A stretch of 64,000 bases of DNA from the NCBI GenBank assembly GCA_964568655.1, contig CAZMRG010000001.1:2815-66814 (forward strand), read 5' to 3'. Shown here in pieces: positions 60,803 to 64,000 of this stretch. This DNA is from an uncultured Ignavibacteriales bacterium (GTDB taxonomy: Bacteria > Bacteroidota > Ignavibacteria > Tepidaquicellales > OLB5). Every line of letters begins with the position of its first letter. The stretch's first letter is position 1. The position numbers and the translations under genes are program-made. The notes beneath the pieces were generated by a model. It was not told the origin of the DNA. It was given only the letters and a program-made list of their open reading frames with translations, and searched no databases.

Positions 60803-62722
60803 TTACTTTATTAACATCATTTTCTTCACATCGCTGAATCCGTTTGCTTCAATTTTATAGAAGTAAACGCCGCTGGCAATGTTTGAAGCGTCGAAGCTGA
60901 TCTCATGAACACCTGCTTCAATTCTTCCGTTAACAAGCGTAGCTACCACGTTTCCGAGTAAATCATAAACAGCAAGCTTAACGTTTCCTGACTGAGGAAT
61001 GTTGAACTTTATGCTGGTAGACGGGTTAAACGGATTTGGATAGTTCTGCGCAAGCGAATATGTTTTAGGTATAACGTTGCCCTGATTGTTTATACCGGTA
61101 AGCTGTGAACCGGTGCAACCGGCTGCTGACCATACGTTGTTTGCCGAGTATTCTGACCAGTCTGCAAAACAGCTGTCATTACTTACGAACCTGAAACAAG
61201 CATGAGGCGAAGCTGAAATAGAAACATCATTTCCTGTTAAGTTCATTCTGTAAGCGCTGCCCCAAGTTCCGTTCGGAGCGCTGACCATCATGGCGCTATC
61301 AAGGCCTGAGTTGTAATAAGTATAAGTGCATTTAAAGCTGCTTGTGCTCCTTAACCCGAAAATGTCAGGCTGATAGGGAACTGTTGTTGTGCTTCCATAA
61401 CCATCTATGTAACCGTTGGACCAGTTTGAAGATGCAAGGCCGCCTGCAGTTGAGTTAGCATATCTTATATCCCAATCGCCGGAATTATTGAAATTACATC
61501 TATAGGCGATCATGATATTTGAGTTGCCATTACAGGTTACCCTGGCATATTGTTTCTGCTGAAAAGAGCCCAAGTTGCTGTTCAGGAATGTATAGTATAA
61601 AGAACCTCCGACTAATTCCGGGCTTTCGTCCGATCTGTACAGATAAATTGCCGTTGTATCAGGAACATCAGATTCTAATACTATTAATGAATCTGAACCG
61701 CCGTTTTGATAATATGCAATGTCGCAATGGTCAGCGCCTGCATAATATGTGCCAACGCCGCCGTAATTAAGATTGTAACCAAATGGATTGCTTTTATATG
61801 TGAAAGTAGGATTTACTGTAAACGGACTGATACATTTTACAAATTTCTCGCCAATTATGTGTTGGTTTGTCGCAACGTTCAAAGTATCGCGTGCCGCGAG
61901 TATAAACAAGTAACTTGAGGTTGTTGGATAATTAGAGTTATCTGATGTAACTCTCGGCCTGTATGTATTAGTGTTTCCAGTTCCACCCGGCCAAACGAGC
62001 GTTAAAAAGTTTCCGGCATATGTCGGGGTCTGGTATATCAGCACGTTGGCAACCTGCTGGCCTGTATTTGCAGTTACACCCATAACGGTATAAACATACT
62101 TTTGTCCGGTTGTATATTCCATTATTTCCATGTCGAACTGATCAGCATTTACTTTTGCGAATCCGCCGGGGATTGCAAGCGAATAACCTGTGAAGGTAAG
62201 TCCGCCATTATCTGAGTATGAGGTAAGAATTGTATCAGGCACGCCTGTTGTTGAATTTCCCCATGCTACGCACATCCATATTCTGCCGATGTTTGAGCCT
62301 CTTTGCTCAACATCAATAGCAGTCGCTTTGATGAATGAATTGGATGGATTTGTGAATACCCTGTTGTTGATAATATTATCGCCCTGGTAATGAGGATCGT
62401 TACCAACAAACTTGGTAATTCCGCCCTGGATAGCCGGTATAGTGACGCTTTCGCCTGATACCTGGTCTATTTGCTGCTGGAGGCTTTTTATCAGCTCAAG
62501 GTTGCCGTTTAATTTTGCCTGCTTCTGCTGGTTCATCAATGCCTGAACCTGTTCTGATATCTGGGGAGCCGGTGTGGTTCCCGGGTTTTTATCAGGGCCA
62601 AGAGAAGGATGATCCTGCTCCTGGATCGTATTCATTGGCTTATTTTGCGCCAGCAATGAAGCTGAAAGCGCAAATGTTATCGCCAGCATTAGAATAGTAA
62701 ATTTGGAAAGTTGGTTTTTCAT
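60803..62722 (-). CDS. T9SS-secreted protein, unknown function
   Basis: The track start is GTG at 62779. The ATG at 62722 gives MKNQLSKFTILMLAITFALSASLLAQ (a signal peptide). The C-terminus is AQNYPNPFNPSTSIKF...FYKIEANGFSDVKKMMLIK. Confidence 0.8.
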   Translation of the reverse strand: MKNQLSKFTILMLAITFALSASLLAQNKPMNTIQEQDHPSLGPDKNPGTTPAPQISEQVQALMNQQKQAKLNGNLELIKSLQQQIDQVSGESVTIPAIQGGITKFVGNDPHYQGDNIINNRVFTNPSNSFIKATAIDVEQRGSNIGRIWMCVAWGNSTTGVPDTILTSYSDNGGLTFTGYSLAIPGGFAKVNADQFDMEIMEYTTGQKYVYTVMGVTANTGQQVANVLIYQTPTYAGNFLTLVWPGGTGNTNTYRPRVTSDNSNYPTTSSYLFILAARDTLNVATNQHIIGEKFVKCISPFTVNPTFTYKSNPFGYNLNYGGVGTYYAGADHCDIAYYQNGGSDSLIVLESDVPDTTAIYLYRSDESPELVGGSLYYTFLNSNLGSFQQKQYARVTCNGNSNIMIAYRCNFNNSGDWDIRYANSTAGGLASSNWSNGYIDGYGSTTTVPYQPDIFGLRSTSSFKCTYTYYNSGLDSAMMVSAPNGTWGSAYRMNLTGNDVSISASPHACFRFVSNDSCFADWSEYSANNVWSAAGCTGSQLTGINNQGNVIPKTYSLAQNYPNPFNPSTSIKFNIPQSGNVKLAVYDLLGNVVATLVNGRIEAGVHEISFDASNIASGVYFYKIEANGFSDVKKMMLIK

Positions 62723-63102
62723 TTTTTCCTTATTTGTTTTAGTTAGTGAAATTTTTTTGTTTAAAATTATTAACGTCACAAAGATAGTTCTAATAGGGCA
62801 TGGCGAGCAAAGAAAAGAACTTCATTATGTTTTGAGAAATGAAGCGTTTGTTGTTCGCGCAAATTTGGACTCAATGATCGCAAACCCTGAAATAACAAGC
62901 GTTGGAGTAAGGAAATCTTAATACGAAAGTTTTGAAAACCGGGCATCGGAAAGATTTTGAACTCTGTTTCAAAAAATGCGGCAATATTGCCATTCCTGAG
63001 TTGTAAAAGCGTTAAAATTTACTCAAAAGCATCATTTTCAGGTGATATAGTTCAGGTAAAATTGTTGCAGAAAATCGATAATTTTTTGATATATTGCACG
63101 AT

Positions 63103-64000
63103 ATGTTGAATAGCAACTTATTGGAATTATTAGGTAAATTTACGCCGGTTGAAATAAAAGAACTGGGTGAATTCGTTTCATCTCCGTTCTTTAACAAGAA
63201 TGAGAACGTAATAAAGCTGTTCAGCTATGTTAAAAAGTACTTCCCCGATTTTGACAGCAGGAAACTCGAAAAGGAATATGTGTTTTCAAGGATCTTCGGT
63301 AAAGAAAAATATAACGACGGCTATATGCGGACTTTGATGTTCAGGCTGCAGAAACAGGCTGAAGAGTACCTTAGTTATATCAACTATAAGAAGAAAGAAG
63401 GACAGCTTAGAATAAATCTGCTGGATGAGCTTAACCAGAGAAAACTCGAAAAAGCTTTTTTGAAAACCCTTTCCGAACAGGAAAAAGAGTTTGAAGAATC
63501 AGGTTATAAGGGTTACAATTATTATCATTATAAATCGCAGCTTGAGAACCTGAAGCTTGAATATTATAACTGGAGAAGATACAAAAGCAAGGATTTTAAG
63601 GATTATACCGACGAAAGCATTTTCAGCAGCGTCGACTATATTAACCGCGCTTACCTTATAAGAATATTAAGCAAATATATTTTTGTTATAGCTAAGTCGC
63701 AGTTTCATAAAATCGACTACGATTCTAAGTTCCTTGATTTTATAGTCGAATATCTTGAAAAAGAAGACGCTGAGCTGAAAGACAACCCGGTAATTAAGCT
63801 TCAGCTTTATGAGATACTCCTGTTAAAGAACAATGACCACCGGTATTATAACGCTTTAAAAGAAATGCTGGTGAATGAAAGAACCAGGCTAAGCCCCGAC
63901 GAAAGATACAGCCTGCATAACATACTTAACCAGTATCTTGTTGAGCATATATACGAAGGGCATGATGAGTTTAAAAGAGAACGTTTTGAATTGTATAAAA
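63103..64000 (+). CDS. Hypothetical helical protein (5' part; continues beyond window end)
   Basis: This open-ended frame is absent from the track. The ATG at 63103 gives MLNSNLLELLGKFTPVEIKELGEFVSSPFFNKNENVIKLFSYVKKYFPDF... The frame stays uninterrupted to position 64000. The composition is K/E/Y/L-rich and helical. Confidence 0.6.
   Translation, partial: MLNSNLLELLGKFTPVEIKELGEFVSSPFFNKNENVIKLFSYVKKYFPDFDSRKLEKEYVFSRIFGKEKYNDGYMRTLMFRLQKQAEEYLSYINYKKKEGQLRINLLDELNQRKLEKAFLKTLSEQEKEFEESGYKGYNYYHYKSQLENLKLEYYNWRRYKSKDFKDYTDESIFSSVDYINRAYLIRILSKYIFVIAKSQFHKIDYDSKFLDFIVEYLEKEDAELKDNPVIKLQLYEILLLKNNDHRYYNALKEMLVNERTRLSPDERYSLHNILNQYLVEHIYEGHDEFKRERFELYK

Noticed and set aside
1-64000. tRNA, rRNA, tmRNA, transposase, integrase, reverse transcriptase, cas or phage structural genes
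   Set aside because: I scanned all intergenic gaps and ORF translations by eye. I found no T-loop/acceptor-like tRNA signature, no rRNA-like stretches and no recognisable mobile-element or phage protein motifs.

Overview
This is a 64-kb chromosomal segment that is almost fully coding, with about 52 CDS, most of them on the minus strand. It is moderately AT-rich and TTG starts are frequent. Seven proteins end in a '...QNYPNPFNPxT...' T9SS type-A C-terminal sorting domain. This points to an FCB-group bacterium (Ignavibacteriota/Bacteroidota-like); that assignment is inference only. Housekeeping genes recognised: mgtE, tsaD, mltG, recG, an AddAB-type helicase-nuclease pair, an S9 peptidase, a glycosylasparaginase-type Ntn hydrolase, a RimJ/RimL-type GNAT and a Gfo/Idh/MocA oxidoreductase. 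Envelope-glycan genes: an NfrB-like GT2 synthase with a WecB-type 2-epimerase; YfhO; and a translationally coupled phosphoglycosyl-transferase / 95-aa / ArnT-PMT-like GT-C operon facing a GT4. Other content: a DUF4159-DUF4175 pair, tandem DUF4097 proteins followed by DUF3052, a CPBP protease, and many secreted or lipoproteins of unknown function. I found no rRNA, tRNA, CRISPR array, cas gene, transposase, integrase, reverse transcriptase or recognisable defence system, and I cannot point to one clear novel system. The best candidates for a second look are: (1) the BIME-like array of alternating three-arm C5/G5 palindromic elements in the recG divergent intergenic region, plus a nested palindrome insertion at 49.7 kb; (2) the truncated NfrB-like synthase with WecB; (3) an uncharacterised seven-gene minus-strand cluster at 55.2-59.6 kb, which carries a new repeated ~51-aa domain, a 34-residue polyacidic tract, micro-membrane proteins and a 661-aa orphan; (4) an orphan 900-aa secreted protein with metzincin-like motif spacing; (5) tandem T9SS paralogs with homogenised CTDs and a low-GC mosaic at 36.4-38.8 kb. 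All percent identities and GC values are hand estimates.
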